Of a DNA stretch of 64,000 nucleotides, positions 25,129 through 39,241 are shown piece after piece (within the stretch, counting starts at the first letter, position 1; each line of letters starts with the position of its first letter). The stretch covers positions 300,132 to 364,131 of the forward strand of contig MU053911.1 in the NCBI GenBank assembly GCA_013239625.1, read 5' to 3'. The DNA comes from Lama guanicoe. Taxonomy: Eukaryota. The position numbers and the translations under genes are program-made. Below the pieces are notes generated by a model, which saw nothing but the letters and a program-made list of their open reading frames with translations, had not been told where the DNA came from and made no database searches.

Positions 25129-25183
25129 AAGTAGTAATGTACACTAAGTAGTACGTACACTAAGTAGTACTTACACTAAGTAG
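25129..25183. repeat. 16-bp minisatellite, about 3.4 copies (TACACTAAGTAGTAC[G/T])
   Basis: Directly visible tandem units at 25140, 25156 and 25172 plus a partial unit upstream. Confidence 0.9.
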
Positions 25184-25362
25184 GGGATGAACTGATGATC
25201 TGGGTTGTGGAGAAGTTGCGTTTAAGGATCTTTTGCAACATTTAAGGAAATGTGTCGAGTGGGCAGTTGATTCATAGGGCCGAGGGCCCAGTGCAGTGAG
25301 CTACTGTGTAGATGCTGCTTTATTATTTAAAAAAATTTTTCTTTTTTAAAAGCCATTCATTT

Positions 25363-25483
25363 GGGGGAGTGGGGGATAATTAGGTTTACGTATTTATTTA
25401 TTCTTAGAGGAGGAACGGGGGATTGAACGCAGGATCTCATCCATGCTAAGCACGTGCTCTACCACTAAGCTATACCCTCCCCC
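25363..25483 (-). mobile_element. tRNA-derived SINE (camelid Vic-1 type)
   Basis: Reverse strand ggggagggtatagcttagtggtagagcacgtgcttagcatg…gttcaatccccc…aataaataaat…cctaattatcc. Confidence 0.92.
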
Positions 25484-26168
25484 ACGCTGATTTCTGAGTC
25501 ACCTGCATATACATGGCCATCGTTCTTAGATGCGGGTACAGTCCCCCAGGAAAAGACCAGAGACCAGAGGAGAGGATGAGTAGGCTGAGCCCGAAGTTTT
25601 GAGGAGCTGCTGACCTTGAAACGGCTGCTTGCAACTGAGTAAACGCAAAGGAGGCAGGGTCAGGGGAAATCCAGCTGAAGTCACCAAAGTCAGCAGCAGA
25701 AGAAAGTGCTTTAGGAAGGAAAAGTGTCCTTGGTGACATTTGGGTACAATAGTGAAAGTGGAAGTCAGACTGTGGGTGCTGAGTGGTGAGTGTGTGGTGT
25801 GGAGGAGGAGAAAACACAGGCAAGTCTTCTGAGAATCTGGCGTGAGTGGAAGGGCCCCTGTGAGGTCACAGGCAGTTGCAAACACACCCTGCGGGCCTCG
25901 TTCACTGTCCTGGAGGAATTGGGGTTTGTGTCATCATCACTGGGAATGAACGCGTTTTTACAAAAGAGTATGATAGAACTTTTCCTGATGTAGACAATTA
26001 ACTCTGGTAGCAGTGTGAGGTGGACGGGCCGTGTCTGGGAGGACACTGGCAGTGGGAAGCTGCTTGCAAGTCCATTCCAGCTCAAAGAGGGCAGGACTTG
26101 GTACTGTGTAAACAAGATATGTCATAATAATGTAAGCTGAAGTCTGCTTTCTCATAGTTGGACCTCAC

Positions 26169-26328
26169 ATCCTTGTATCAAATCAGTGTCTTCATTTCCA
26201 TTTATGAAGGTGCTAAATTTAAGATAATCCCTGTGGAGGAGACTTTTCTCCCCTGAGGGCTTTTAAAATGAAGTGTGATGTTCTCTGTAAAAAAGTTGTG
26301 GAAGGAAGCAGAGCAGTTTTAAAAAGCA
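26169..26328 (-). pseudogene. candidate relic exon
   Basis: Strong acceptor (ttaattatttttatttcccactAG), donor GTGAGG. LFKTALLPSTTFLQRTSHFILKALRGEK, then frameshift to LLHRDYLKFSTF. Confidence 0.4.
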
Positions 26329-26699
26329 CTAGTGGGAAATAAAAATAATTAACTTTCAAAATTCGAGACAGGAAAACAATTGACAGATTTTCAATCTACT
26401 TAGGATTTAGGTTCATTTCCCATTAATGAAGTCGTTTACCAAAGGAACAAAATTATGATATTCACATTTCAGTACATTAAAAAAATTAATCTTACCCACT
26501 CTAAGTGAGGACAGTAAAATGCTCTCTTTTAATTGGCACAGAAAACAAGTTGCTCTTACAACACTCTATGCATTTCTCATTTTAAAAAAATACTAGAGCA
26601 ACTAAAAATCATAGTCTGGATAAAATCATTCTTTCCTGTTCAATGAAAGGTTAAAACTGTGAAATGGCTAACCATAATAAGTAATTTAAAAATCCACTC

Positions 26700-26847
26700 T
26701 AAGTATGTGTTTTCTGTTTTTTTTTTTTCCCTTTGGCTTTCCCCTAGACAATGTCCCATAACATGAGGGCCTGTCAAAAACACTTTTGAAAACTGACAGC
26801 ATTGTAGAATTAATGAACTACATTCCAGAAATATAAATTTGACTTAG
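26700..26847 (-). pseudogene. candidate relic exon (RGS NLxFW motif); 3' boundary approximate
   Basis: Acceptor atttttatttttatgccctttAG. Frame KSNLYFWNVVH*FYNAVSFQKCF*QALMLWDI resembles canonical RGS ENLxFW and RGS22 KNSVYFW…KQAQYLF (recalled). Confidence 0.6.
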
Positions 26848-27529
26848 CTAAAGGGCATAAAAATAAAAATTTCAAGACAAACCCAAATGATCTAGAATGT
26901 AGTTAAAGCAAATAAAGCAGATAGAGAATAAATGCACAAGTCATGATTCAAAATATGAAGGTTATTATATATTGAATAGTTTTACCTTCTTAATATAAAT
27001 GTATTTTGCCAACCCCTGTCAGCAAGGCATTTGAGTTCCATTGCGGTGGTGAACTTGGATTTTTACTGACACTCCTCAGAAAGATAGAAGGAAAGGCGAA
27101 TAGTATTACATTATTTAAGAAACGAAAACAGTTTAAGAATAGGGAAGGTGTGATGGGAAAAGAATAGGGTTTTTTCTTGGGGGGGGTGCTTAATAAGATG
27201 GCCAAAATATTGAAATGAATTTTGATTAAAAATCTACTGCCTACCTTGGGAATTATTTAAAATGAAAGAATAAATCATATGGAAGTAGATGTTGGAATAT
27301 TTAGAAGGTTTCTGCTGCTGATTGACAGCTGTGAAGTTGACAAGAGAAAAAAAAATTATGTGACTGAACAAATTTGTATTGTTAATTTGGTTAAAATGTT
27401 CAATTTTACATCTTTGTTTGTTTGAATACTCTATACTCTTTTGATGGTTGTTTTGGGAGTATGGAATATGAAGAATAAAACCAGTGGACTTGTTCACGTT
27501 GAAATTGAACATTTTAATCAGATTCATAA

Positions 27530-29900
27530 ACATTTCTGCTCTATTTATGTTTTATTACATTACAAAAATTCATGCCATGTAGTATAAAAATGGAACAGCA
27601 CAAAAGGGGTGATAAAAAGGCAAGCACCCATCCTTGTCCCTTAATTGCAGAGCAGATTCTTACAGGCACTGCCGCTACTTTTATGTATTTCTGTTATCAG
27701 CACTTTATGATTATCATCAAATTACAAAAATAGGGCTATTTATTGATGTCCGTATGTTCATGTTCCAATAGATAAGAACTCTGTTTACTGAAAAACCTCG
27801 ATTACTCCTCCCTCCTATTCTGTATTTTGATTGTTATATCACTGATTTTAGTTCTTTTTATGGACATCTTTGTAACCACATGGTTAACCATGGATAACTG
27901 TGTACATTTAAAGTTCAATTCACCACCATGCCGTGGTGTCTTTTGATTTGCTGCTTTTTAAGATGAGAATGTTAACTTTCTGAGTGTAACCTCTCCTCTA
28001 CTCAAGTTCTACTTCCAAATTCTGTCACATCCTATTTCTGTTCTGTAACTAAAATAAAGGTCTTCACTTTGATTCTAAAAGTCAGCAGCCAATAAGCAGT
28101 GTTTACATAATGGTGACCAGGTGAGCGTTTTTCACGCAGGAGGAAGCAGTGTGCTATTGTCCCCTTTCCTTTCCTTCAGTAATGCTGTTATGGCCCTTAT
28201 GCCACACACAAAACTGGGATTCCAAACATCGAAGAAAATTATTTCCCTTTCATTCTTGTCTATCAGTTGTTTATAATAAGTCACATTCTATTTTGCTTCA
28301 TACTTAGATCATATTTTTCTTGGATATGTTTTTGTTTTTCCTGGAATTTGAAATTGCTTTCCACTTTTCTTATTGAGATATAAAATCAATACCACATTTA
28401 TTTCTAACATCTTCCAAGTTCTTACAAATTCGAATCTTCCTTTGTACTACACTCTTCTCTTACACTTAAAACATTCCTCTTAGAAGCAACTGGCTTCCAG
28501 ATCAAATTTGGAAAGATTAATTGTAGGCCTTCCGCATGGCTAAGAATTTTTTTTTAAATTGAACTCTTAAGCATGTCCAGCATTTCTTGTATGCAACATT
28601 TTTTTTCTTTCTCGTTTCCCAGCCTTGCTTTCCTGGTGTATGGTTTCAAAACCTTCCTCATGGAGGGTTCTTGTAAGATAAAGTCTTTTTAAAAAACTTT
28701 ATTCATACTCATGCTTCATTCATGATTTGGCTAAAGATATAATTTTAATTTCTTAAAAATATCCCTCCCTCCATCCTTTAAAAATTTCTGTCTCTTGTCT
28801 TCTAGGATATATTGTTTTTGTAAAAAAATTAGATGCAAGACTGATTCTTATTTCTTTACAGAAAATGTTTTGATTTGTTTTTCTCTGTGAAACTTTTTAG
28901 AATCTTATTTCAATATTCAGTATTTTAATAATTGATAATATTTCTATGTGTACGTCTTTCACAGATTCTTGCTAAATGACTTAAAGGAAATCATTTAAAG
29001 AAATCTGTCCTATTTCAGATTTGGGGACATTTCTTCCATTATTTCTTTTATAATTTTTTATCGTTTATTTCCCTACTTTTTTCTCTTGAAAACGAGCTAC
29101 TCAGACATTGAATTTTCTGGAGTAACACTTTGTGTCCTACAGCTTAAGCTCTTGGACAAGTCTTCATTTTATTTTCTCAGTGTTATATTGATTTTTAAAT
29201 TTAATCAGTCATACTTAAAAAAACTCTGCCTCCTTTTTATTATGTAGTTTATTGGGTTGTTTCTTACTGTTGATTTTTCTTCCTTCACATACGACTTACT
29301 GAAATTTTCTAAGTAGAGGTGGATTTTACCGATTTTTTTCCAAATATCCTTTCCATTTCCATAATCACCTGCTGCTTTGAGGTCACCTTCATCTAGGGCT
29401 TCATCTGTCATTGCTGGAGGGTGTCTTCAAATATCCAGTTGTCTTTATTTGTTCATATTTTATATGGAGAGATTCAGATGACAGACAAGGAGCTTGAAGA
29501 CGGTCAAAAAGCATTTTAGCATGAGCGGTCAAGCAGCTGGCCTCGCCCCTGGGGTTCTCCAGGACGCCAGAATTATTAGTGATTTATCCCAGAGTGACAG
29601 TATCCACCTTAGGTGTCTAGTTCCTCAAACTGTTTGAAGTTTTTATAGAGAAAATGCTCCGGCGTGCTGCATGGGAATAAACTCCTGGTCTGCACAAGTC
29701 AGGACGAGGCAGGATCTGACGGGGGTCTACGATTTCCTCCATGTGTCAAAGGAATGAATTTATCCTTTAACTTTGTGTCGTCATTCTGCTGATCTCCGCG
29801 AGTCTCACCAGCAGCCTATGTTGTCCTCACCTCCTGTGTTTGCATGTTGTTTGGTTTAATCGTTTCCATCCCTTCGTCTACTTGCCATCTTCACCATGGA
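27530..29900 (-). mobile_element. old, highly degraded L1 (L1M/L1ME-type)
   Basis: T-rich ORF1-antisense motifs (gatgcaagactgattctt…, ttggggacatttcttccattatttcttt). Confidence 0.55.
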
Positions 29901-30552
29901 TCCTTTCTTTCTTCTCCTTTTTGCTATTATGAATTTATAACTTTCAATTCATTTACTGTGTCACTTGAACAGAGTCTCAGAAGAGGTAAGAAAGATATAT
30001 GTGCCAAGTCAGGGACCTTGAGCCAGAAGACTCAGTGCTGTAGTTACTTGGGACAAAGGTTACATGCTTTTTTAAAACATGCTTTGAGCTTGCGATGTCT
30101 TTGCACTTGTGCTTGTACCCAGAGCTCAGATTCACCTGAGGGCACAAATGCAGCGGGTCCTCTACGGCCTCCGGTCACTCGGCACTTTATTCTTCCTGCT
30201 TCACCCTTAGCTTTGCTGCGGGACTCTGGGGGAGACCACCTCACTCCACGCCGGGAGAAGCTGGGGAAGGGGGTGTTCTCAGTTAATTCCTAGGGGTGGA
30301 GTCTAGTCCCCCTGGGGCCTTGGAGGTTGGGCTTTTCCCAGCTGTAGAGCCCTCTGGAGCTCCCAAGTGAAGAATATTCCAGAAGCACTGTGTCTTCAGG
30401 CAACAGCAGTTACACACAGAGGTGATGACCTGGAATGGGAATTCCCATTGCTTGTGGCAGCAGGGCTGATGGTGCAGGAAGTGTCACAGGGGTGTTTCTG
30501 CCGCGTGTACCTGCACCTGCCTCTGTGGCTGGAAGACGTCATCCCCAGACTG

Positions 30553-31150
30553 GCCCTTGTCTGGCCCTAATTGCCCCCCCCCAGGAGGGGGCGAGACAGT
30601 CTGGTGGCCTTTCTCCCCTGGCTGCTTCTTAAAGTTACATACACTAAGCACATTTTGTTAAAGTTGTAAATAAGCCAGCAAGCGCACGCACAGGCCTTCG
30701 CCCCCATCCATCCTCCACCCCGTTCTCCTGGAGGGAGAGTTGCAAGACAGACTTGTGTAGCTGGACGCAGGCCCAGAAATCTGGAAAGTGTATTATATGG
30801 GACCCTGTGGAGAAGCTCTTGGCCGCCAGCAGCTCTGGCCCTGGTTTCCAAGCCCTTGTCTGGCCCTAATTGCCCCCCCCCCAGGAGGGGGCGAGACAGT
30901 CTGGTGGCCTTTCTCCCCTGGCTGCTTCTTAAAGTTACATACACTAAGCACATTTTGTTAAAGTTGTAAATAAGCCAGCAAGCGCACGCACAGGCCTTCG
31001 CCCCCATCCATCCTCCACCCCGTTCTCCTGGAGGGAGAGTTGCAAGACAGACTTGTGTAGCTGGACGCAGGCCCAGAAATCTGGAAAGTGTATTATATGG
31101 GACCCTGTGGAGAAGCTCTTGGCCGCCAGCAGCTCTGGCCCTGGTTTCCA
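30553..31150. repeat. near-perfect tandem duplication (298 bp + 1 nt + 299 bp)
   Basis: Units 30553-30850 and 30852-31150 are identical except for a C9 versus C10 run. Confidence 0.97.
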
Positions 31151-32264
31151 CACACCATCAATCTGGGGCATGGCGGTCACTGCCCGCCCTCCCCACCTCA
31201 TGCAGAGAGCAGACACTCAGCCAGATCACTGAGGGAGGGAAGACGAGGGAAAGGAAGGACCAGGGATAGGGGAAAATGACAACCTTCCAACAGGCCATGA
31301 CTGCTTTTTACTGTCAGGTTGTTCTGGATGTCACTGGGGGGAGGAAGAAACCACAGGGGACTCAGTGGAAGGGCCAGTATCTCGACCAGCCTTCGGAATC
31401 AGCTCCCAGTGGACAGAAGTGAAACTTCAGGTGTTCTCAGAAAGGAGGCTGGATTTGGGAAATAGTGCCTGAGGCTAATTTGTAAGAATAGGGCAACAGA
31501 AGCGAAGTCTTTTGCTAAACCCCTTGGGGTCTGATTTACACCCTTTGTACAGAACAGGAAACTGAGGCATGCCAAAAGGTCAATTCAGCCATGAAAATCC
31601 CACACATATGACCAGAACCAGTAAAAGATGTGTGAGGCTTCCTCGTATTCGAATAAAATGTATGTGTTTCCTTAGACTTCTGAAGCTGGCTTAACATCCT
31701 CAAAACAGAAATAAGGAAAATAGTATTTCTGCAGAGAGAATTTTCTCAGGCCTTGTGATGTCTGTTATTTGAAATGGTCTTACTCCTGGTTTTTGCAGAA
31801 GAGGCCTCTGCATTCTTGTGCCATTTGGCTACTGCCTCAGCAGTGGCAGGCAGAAAGCCAGATGGTGATTCAGGGTCTCGAGGACACCTAAACTCTCGCT
31901 CCTGCTGGCTTCAACTTTGAATTTAACCTCAACCCTAATATTTTCCTTCAATAGGAAGGGACCCAGGCTTGCTTGATCAGGTTTTCCATGTCTGGTCTAA
32001 GGTCTGAGACCTGGATCATACTTGACTAGTGAGTGGAATTATTTGTGAGCCATAATGAGTACAAATTATGATAGTCAGAAAATTTGTAATAGGTACCAGA
32101 CACCTCTAACTACAAAGGAGAAACATTTCTATATGCTTCAATTTCCTTTACTCAAACTGGAAGTTTGCATCAGAAAATCAAACATTTTTCAGTGACTACA
32201 AAAAACCCCCACAAAAGTATAGATTTATCCCTGAAAAAAATTATCATCTCATGTAAATGTATGC

Positions 32265-32265
<1 letters not shown>

Positions 32266-32303
<38 letters not shown>

Positions 32304-32313
32304 TTTTTTTTTT
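32266..32313. repeat. (TTA)n microsatellite followed by poly(T)
   Basis: Directly visible. Confidence 0.9.
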
Positions 32314-33396
32314 ACTAAAACTCTGAAGTCTGTGCTTTCTGGCCACAGCCTATGAGCATTTGTTCTCAAATACTCATACCACCACTCATGGTGTCTCACT
32401 CATCTGTGAACGCAAACCCTGCCTTCTGCTTCGCAGCCTCGCATTTTATATTGCTGGACTTGGGTGAAACTTCATTGCCAGCAGAGAGCAGTTTTTATTC
32501 ATCCCACGGTCATTTAGAATCTCATGAGATTAGGAGAATTGCAATACCTGACTTAAACGTATAAATGCTTCAGTCCCTGAGCTCAGTGCCTTTGGTTTCC
32601 AAGAACATTACAGAAGGTTTATTATACTTCCAGGCTTGGCAGTGCTTTATGCATAGGAGCTTTCAAACTGGCAGTGGATCTGGAGCTAATGAAACTGTAA
32701 GAATAACACATAGCAGGAAATGGTTCACTGGTTTTGAGGCTTCGCTGACTCCAAAGAAAAGAACAGTGTTACTGTAACAAAGGTTAGCAGTATTTGTGTT
32801 ACAGCAATTGCAAAAATCTTATCTCCCACATGAGAATAAAATGAGAATAAAAATTAGTTTAACTTCTAAAGGGAAAAAGTCATTTAGCCAGTAAACTTGT
32901 TGTACTTCTTTGATAAAAATACCTTAATCCAAAATTTTTAGTGCTTTATACAGAAGCACATGTCTAAATGCTCTGCCTTACTCAGCTAAAGACAGTAAAA
33001 CATTATTTCATTATTATCAAAGGATTGAGGAGATTAGCGTTTGATGCTAATCATTGATGAAGGTATTTATTTATTCCCATTGAATTGTTTTGTCTGTTCC
33101 CTAAACCCTAGCTTGCCATCTTCTTTCCACTAACTTTTCAAAATCTGAATCTGTGTTAATATTTTGTCCCATCACATTTATTTTCTCAATTCTTTCCTAG
33201 TTCAAGGACAAGAATTTTGGAAGCCTAATTCAAAAAATTGCACCACTCACTCGATCATATCTGTTGGACTTTATACAAATCAATCTCAGTAGAAATAATT
33301 TCCTTTTTTTGTTTTTAGGTGTGGGAGGGTAGGGGATGCAAATTGAAATAAAAGTATCAATAACTCCTAGCTCTGAAAAGTCTGCTCTTGGGAATA

Positions 33397-34057
33397 TGTA
33401 ATTATTATAAAGGTCCATGCCAGAACATTTCATTGCAGATAATTCCGAATGTGCTAATTACAATCAATGGAATCGTTCAGGCCGAAGATCATATTCCCTC
33501 CAGACTGTCTCGGCAAGCGGCCCTTTGCGGCTTTCTTGTTCACCCATTTCTGTTCCCTCTAACCTTGAAAACACCTAATTATAGGAATGCGATCACTAGG
33601 CATTTTAGCCAAACTCCTGACTCATGCGCTCTTAAAGGCACACCATGCCTTGCCTCACCTGTTGATTCTTTTCTGAGATAAAAAGACGTAAGAATGAAGA
33701 TCGAGGTAGTTAAAGAATGACTAGCTGTCTGGCCCAACAGCCCCCTTAGCAGTCCTGCAGGTAGATCACAAGGAAACATCCGAAGAGGGAGTCAGCCAGT
33801 CTGCACGCAGAGGAGAAGGATGCAGGCCCAGCGTCCTGCCTCAGTGATTCACTCAGATTCTCCCAGCTTTTGCTTCCCTTCTGTCATGGCTGAGCAGAAC
33901 CTTCAGGGCTGGTCTCAGAACACAAGTCCACCTTCTCTCCAGACTGCCGGCTTTTCTGATTAAAGCCTCATTCCTTTCTACTGACCCTCGCCTCTCAATT
34001 CCTGGCTTTTGAACAGTGAGCAGTGAGTGAGTTCTCTTCTGTTTCTAAGTGACTAAC
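33397..34057 (+). mobile_element. ERV LTR (boundaries approximate)
   Basis: ccaccttctctccagactgccggcttttctgattaaagc…tcgcctctcaattcctggcttttgaacagtgagcag, typical ERV1 LTR R/U5. Confidence 0.65.
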
Positions 34058-35609
34058 ACGCAGGCCGGAGGCTGTGGAGTTTCCACACCTCAGGGACTGC
34101 CACCTGGTGTTTTCCGACTGAGAACGTGTGTGAGTGTCTTACTTACACCTGTTGTCCAGAACAAGAGTAGTCGGCCAATAAATACTGATTTTTCTTTATA
34201 TATCGATGCTTTCGCAGATTACTGTTAAATTAGCAATACTAGAATTAACTTCAAAGAGTACATTCTGGGTTTGGTTCAGACCAACATGGAAATGCTCAGT
34301 TTTTGATGTGAAACCTGCTGATTTGGTGAAGTGAGTGTGGCCATCCTAAGAGAACACTTGAAAAGCTTTCCTCACAGACCACTTTTTCATCATTATTTTT
34401 GAAGTATTCAGCTGTTGCACATGAGCTGCACACGGAGTGTTCAGGGTGGTGGTTCTAAGTGGCATAGTGAGGGTCTTGTGAGGCACTGCTAGGGTCTCAT
34501 TGCTTTGACTGATTTGCATTAAGGCCTGTGGAATATGGAATTTCAGTGGTGAAATTTGCACTGAATATGGTGATATTTTTACCTAATATGTTGACATTTG
34601 TGCCCAATTTGTATTGAGAGTGTGGAAGTAAGAACAAAATGATTCCCATGGCGAAGGTTGTAGTAGCGCAGCCTCACTGCCCACATTCACCATTTGGCCG
34701 AGAACCGTTCTTGGAGCTGTGTGTGCACACGTATACTCATAAAAGTCAAGGGAGGCAGTCAGTCATATGGGGATATGTAGCACCTTTTTAAACTTAATAA
34801 GTGGACGCAATAAGGAAGCTGTGCAGCAGCTCTAAAGGGATACAGTTTATATCAAGTTTGCATCGCAAGCCTTCCATAACTAGCCCTGGCAAACCTCAGC
34901 TGATCAGGCTCCAGGTCCCATTGAACTCCCCTTATCAGATGAGATTTAACATTTTAGCCTTAGATCAACCTCAGCTCCCAAAACGCTCAACTTCTGGAAG
35001 TTAGAATCAGAAATAAATGTGTATGGTTGGCTCACTCATTCTCCACTCACTTATTCACTTATTAATTGTCTTTTCTGTTCAACTTGTATGTATTGGATAT
35101 GCGAATAATAAACGACAGACACTAGGATAGGCGTGTAGAGATGATTAACACTATTTTTCTTCATGGTGATTAAGTTCTAGTGAGGGGGCAAAATAATAGA
35201 AATATAACAGTATAAAAGGATAATACAATGAAATAAAATGAAACATGTAAGATGTTTTACATAATTTATTTTATGTGATCAAGCAGGTTTTTTTTTTTTT
35301 CTGATGGTGGTAACATTCAAGATCATTTCTGAAGAGCGTGTGGAAATTTTCCAGGCTTACCTTCCACAAGAACATTTTTGACAGGGAGAAGTATTTAGTG
35401 TAAATTAATTAGCAAGATGATATAGTCTAAGAAATACAGTTTGATTTGATTTGCATGGGATGTACAATGTTTGGTTGACTTTGAATATGACTCTAAAGAT
35501 ATGTCTAGAAAGGAAAATGTAAGTCAGATGATGAAGGCCATATAGTTGTATATGCCAAAATAAAGGGTAATATTTTGTCCTCTCTTTTGAGAAAGAGATT
35601 TAATTAAAA

Positions 35610-36480
35610 AGGGTGTTGAATAAGTGAAGTACATGGAGTTTTAGAGGGTAAAACTATTCTGCTTGCTACTATAATCGTGGGTATGTGATATTATGCATTT
35701 GTCAAAACCTGTGTACAAAGATAATGAACCTTAATATATGCAAATTTAAAAATTATTTAGGAGGTCAATGGATCTTAGGAGGGAATGGAAAATGTAACAA
35801 AACAACCTAACAAAATAATCTAACTGTACTACAGATATATGAAACAACCTCCCTGAAGAGAGCGGGGAAAATTTACTGACAAATAACTTTGGAAATAAGT
35901 GAGTCTCAAAAATCAAGGTAGAAAGAGCTGTAAATAAAGACTGTACTATAGTTGATGAAGTTGATAAAGTGAATGGGAAATTACAGCTACACAAAGGGAG
36001 AAGGCTGGAATGACCGATGGAGAATAGATTAGAGCTGGAGATATCAGAATGAACTCATGTTTAGTCTAATTAGGATGCAGATGGTTACATAGAGAAATAT
36101 ATGTATTTATGCATATATACATGACTTGGAATATACACATTTTTTTTCTTTTCTCTCTCAGCTGGGAAGGTTATGACATGCCAGTAGGAATGAACATAAC
36201 TGGATCCCAGATCTTGGCTTCTAATACCATTCTCCAAAGGTACCCAGATTCCTTAGAGAAATGACTGATTCTAGGAGTGAAGCAAAAAATATACAAGGTG
36301 AGCCTGGAGCTTACTGTAGTGACAGAAAAGTAAGGCATGTTAAAAAATATAAACAAAAACCACTAATGAGCATATGACAAAAGGACATAGGAGACAAATG
36401 AAAGAGTTTTTATTAGGCAAAATACCTTAGAATTGAAAATCAAGTATCAAAGTAAATGAATAAATAATTGAAAATGATAA
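35610..36480 (+). mobile_element. L1MC-type 3' UTR fragment
   Basis: aaaactattctg…attatgcatttgtcaaaacc…tggatcccagatcttggcttctaataccattctcca. Confidence 0.75.
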
Positions 36481-38138
36481 TAGTATATTTTGTGTGTTTT
36501 TATTTTTTGCAGTTACTCTACATATCAATTAGGAGACACACACCATTTGAGGTATGAATTACCATATTTGGTCTAAGTACTCTCCAACATGAGTATCCTA
36601 GTTGGGATCAAAAAAATCTAGAGGAAGACAGGAGAGATAGGAAATGGTGAACTTCGGGCCAATCAAATGATACAGTGTAGAAAGAAGCACATATTTTCCA
36701 AAGAGATTACTATTGTATCCTGAATTAACCAAACATGTACTACATAATGAGAAAGGTGTTACTTCTTAAATAAACCAATTTTGGTGGAGAAATCATAACT
36801 TGGAGAATGTATCTTGCTGAGCCTCTATAGATTATTGACATTATATTCTTTCTATTTGAAAATGTTCACACACAAAAAATAGTAAGATGGTAAGTCAACT
36901 TATCGACATATTGAGTCTTTGGCCAGGAAATTCATGCAAGAATAGAGAATTTAATGAGTGAGGCAGAATGATACCTCATACCAGAAAATTAAACTTTTCT
37001 TAACTTCCCACTTATTTCTAAATTCCTGCTTACTGCTTTTTGACTCCTTAGGCCATCATCTCACTGCATATGTTTCAGATTTTCCTGAAACATCACCTGA
37101 GGGACATTGTGTCCTGACACCCCCTGGCAATATCATCTCAGGCAAAGAAATGACTGTTATGACTTCTTGCCAATAAACTTGAAAAATAAACTAAAAATGA
37201 CGACTTGGTCTTGGGTTTTAAGGTTTTGGTGCCAAGTTTCAGCACCAAAGCCAATTTTGCAGCCAATTTCTAAGCCCTGAAAATTGGGGTCAATGGAAGG
37301 GCAAGAAACCAAAATGCTAGCTCTGGGTCAAAGCTACACAGAAAGACTGAATGTAAAAACACTCATCTGTATATTATCTTCCTATAGAAAAAACCTTGGT
37401 TAATTAGTCATACAAAATATGTCTCCCTAGCAATTTGATCTACTTAACAATGCAAGTTGTTTAAATTGTCTAAATAATTTGATTTATTTAACTACATACA
37501 CTTTAAATCTTGAAAAATAATTAAGAATAAAGCAGACTTTTTCAGGAAGATGTAAACATACAATTTTTCTTTTAGTTATAATTTAAAAATTAAGTGTTAT
37601 TTTAAGTAATTTTAAACATAGAGAGAAAGTTAAATAATTTTACAATGAATAATCAATATCTATCTACTCAGATTATTCTAACAACATTAAAATATATTTG
37701 CTTTATCATGACATTTTATATCCATCAATCAACCCATCTTTTTAACGCATTTTTGATACAAATAAGTTACAGACATCATTTCCCTAAATACTTTAACATA
37801 CATATCATCAAGAATTCTATGCCTTTCTCATTTGTAAAATTTATTTTTTCTTGTACTTTGTTAAAAGTTGTCCCCACATAAGTACGACCTACTGATCACG
37901 GAATAAACCCAACCCCCTTTCTTTATTAAAGGTCTGAAAACCTTCTGAAAAATCAAACATACCTAATAAATGTCTGCATTGTTCTAAATCAAACATCTCT
38001 GTTCCTTTAATGACTCCCACTAGAAAAAAAAATATGACTGTGCAAGCTCTATTTGGTGTATACGGGTTATATATAGATTAGCTTTGCTATTTGGTCCAGC
38101 AATTTAATATGGTGTTCAGAGACCCACTTCCAAATACT

Positions 38139-38277
38139 TTTTTTTGTTGTTGAGGAGGAGAGGTAATAAGGCTTATTTATTTATTTAATTATTATTTTTT
38201 AATGGAGATACTGAGGATTGAACCCAGGACCTCGTGCACATTAGGCACACGCTCTAACACTGAGCTATACTCTCCCT
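38139..38277 (-). mobile_element. tRNA-derived SINE (camelid Vic-1 type)
   Basis: tRNA-like A and B boxes on the minus strand, (aata)n tail, TSD CAAATACT at 38131-38138 and 38278-38285. Confidence 0.92.
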
Positions 38278-38384
38278 CAAATACTCCTTTTAAGAATTGA
38301 GTCAATACAAAGACATTCTATTTAGCAATAAGTCATCATTTTGCCTTAAGCGCTAAGCATGAAAATCGTCATGTTTCTGTAAGA

Positions 38385-38479
38385 AAGAACAAAAGGAAAA
38401 AAGGAAGAAAATAAGGGAAGAAAGAAAGAGAAGAAGGAAGGAAGGAGAGAGGAAGGAAGGGAGGAAGGAAGAAAAGGAG

Positions 38480-38546
<67 letters not shown>

Positions 38547-38695
38547 GAAAGAAAGAAAGAAAAAGAAAGGAAGAAAGGAAGGGAAGGAAGGAAAGGAAGG
38601 AAGGAAAGGAAGGAAAGAAAAGGAGGAAAGAAAAGGAGGAAGGAGAGAGAGAGAGAAGGAGGAAGGAGAGAGAGAGAGAAGGAGGGAGGGAGAAA
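38385..38695. repeat. polypurine tract with (GAAA)n core and (GGAA)n flanks
   Basis: About 300 bp almost purely A/G. Confidence 0.95.
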
Positions 38696-39241
38696 ATAAC
38701 AGAATAAAAAGTGTCTCAAAAATCTCTTCTTTGGGAGAGATTGTGTGTAATGAATAAGTAAATAAACAAATATGAATCAAAACATTATTCAATTTTTTAG
38801 TACTTGCTGAACACTGTTGAGTGGACAACCTTCATTTCAAATGTGAGTTGTATATCTCACACAAAAAAACTCTCACTGGGCGCTTTCATTCTTGTTGTGG
38901 GGGCCAACACAAGACATAAACACAGATAAATAAGAATACAGCAGCGACAATAATTGTCCAGGAGAGACTCATGATGGAGTGAAGTGATGCAGAGTTCTGG
39001 GGAAACACTTGGCTAGAGAGTGACAGTGTTCTTTGTGAGGATATGGAGTCAGCAGTCACGACCAGCTTTGAGCTACAGGAGCCAGAAGTGCAGCAACGAG
39101 GGAGGAACATTTTAGGTGGGCTGAGTTGCTGCAGAGGCATGTGGCAGGTGGACACGGGCTCGTGCTAGGAGTGTCGAACTGGGGACAACGCAGAAGACCC
39201 AATAAGAATTCCAACCTATATAACTGTGATGGGAACATCTT

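Noticed and set aside
25129..25183. Short regularly spaced repeats as a CRISPR-like array
   Set aside because: Head-to-tail minisatellite without spacers, in mammalian DNA.
30567..31151. 194-aa ORF with an internal repeat
   Set aside because: By-product of the tandem duplication; no splice signals or protein-like features.
38346..38828. 160-aa F/S/L-rich ORF (also 46140-46442)
   Set aside because: Translation of GA-rich simple repeats.
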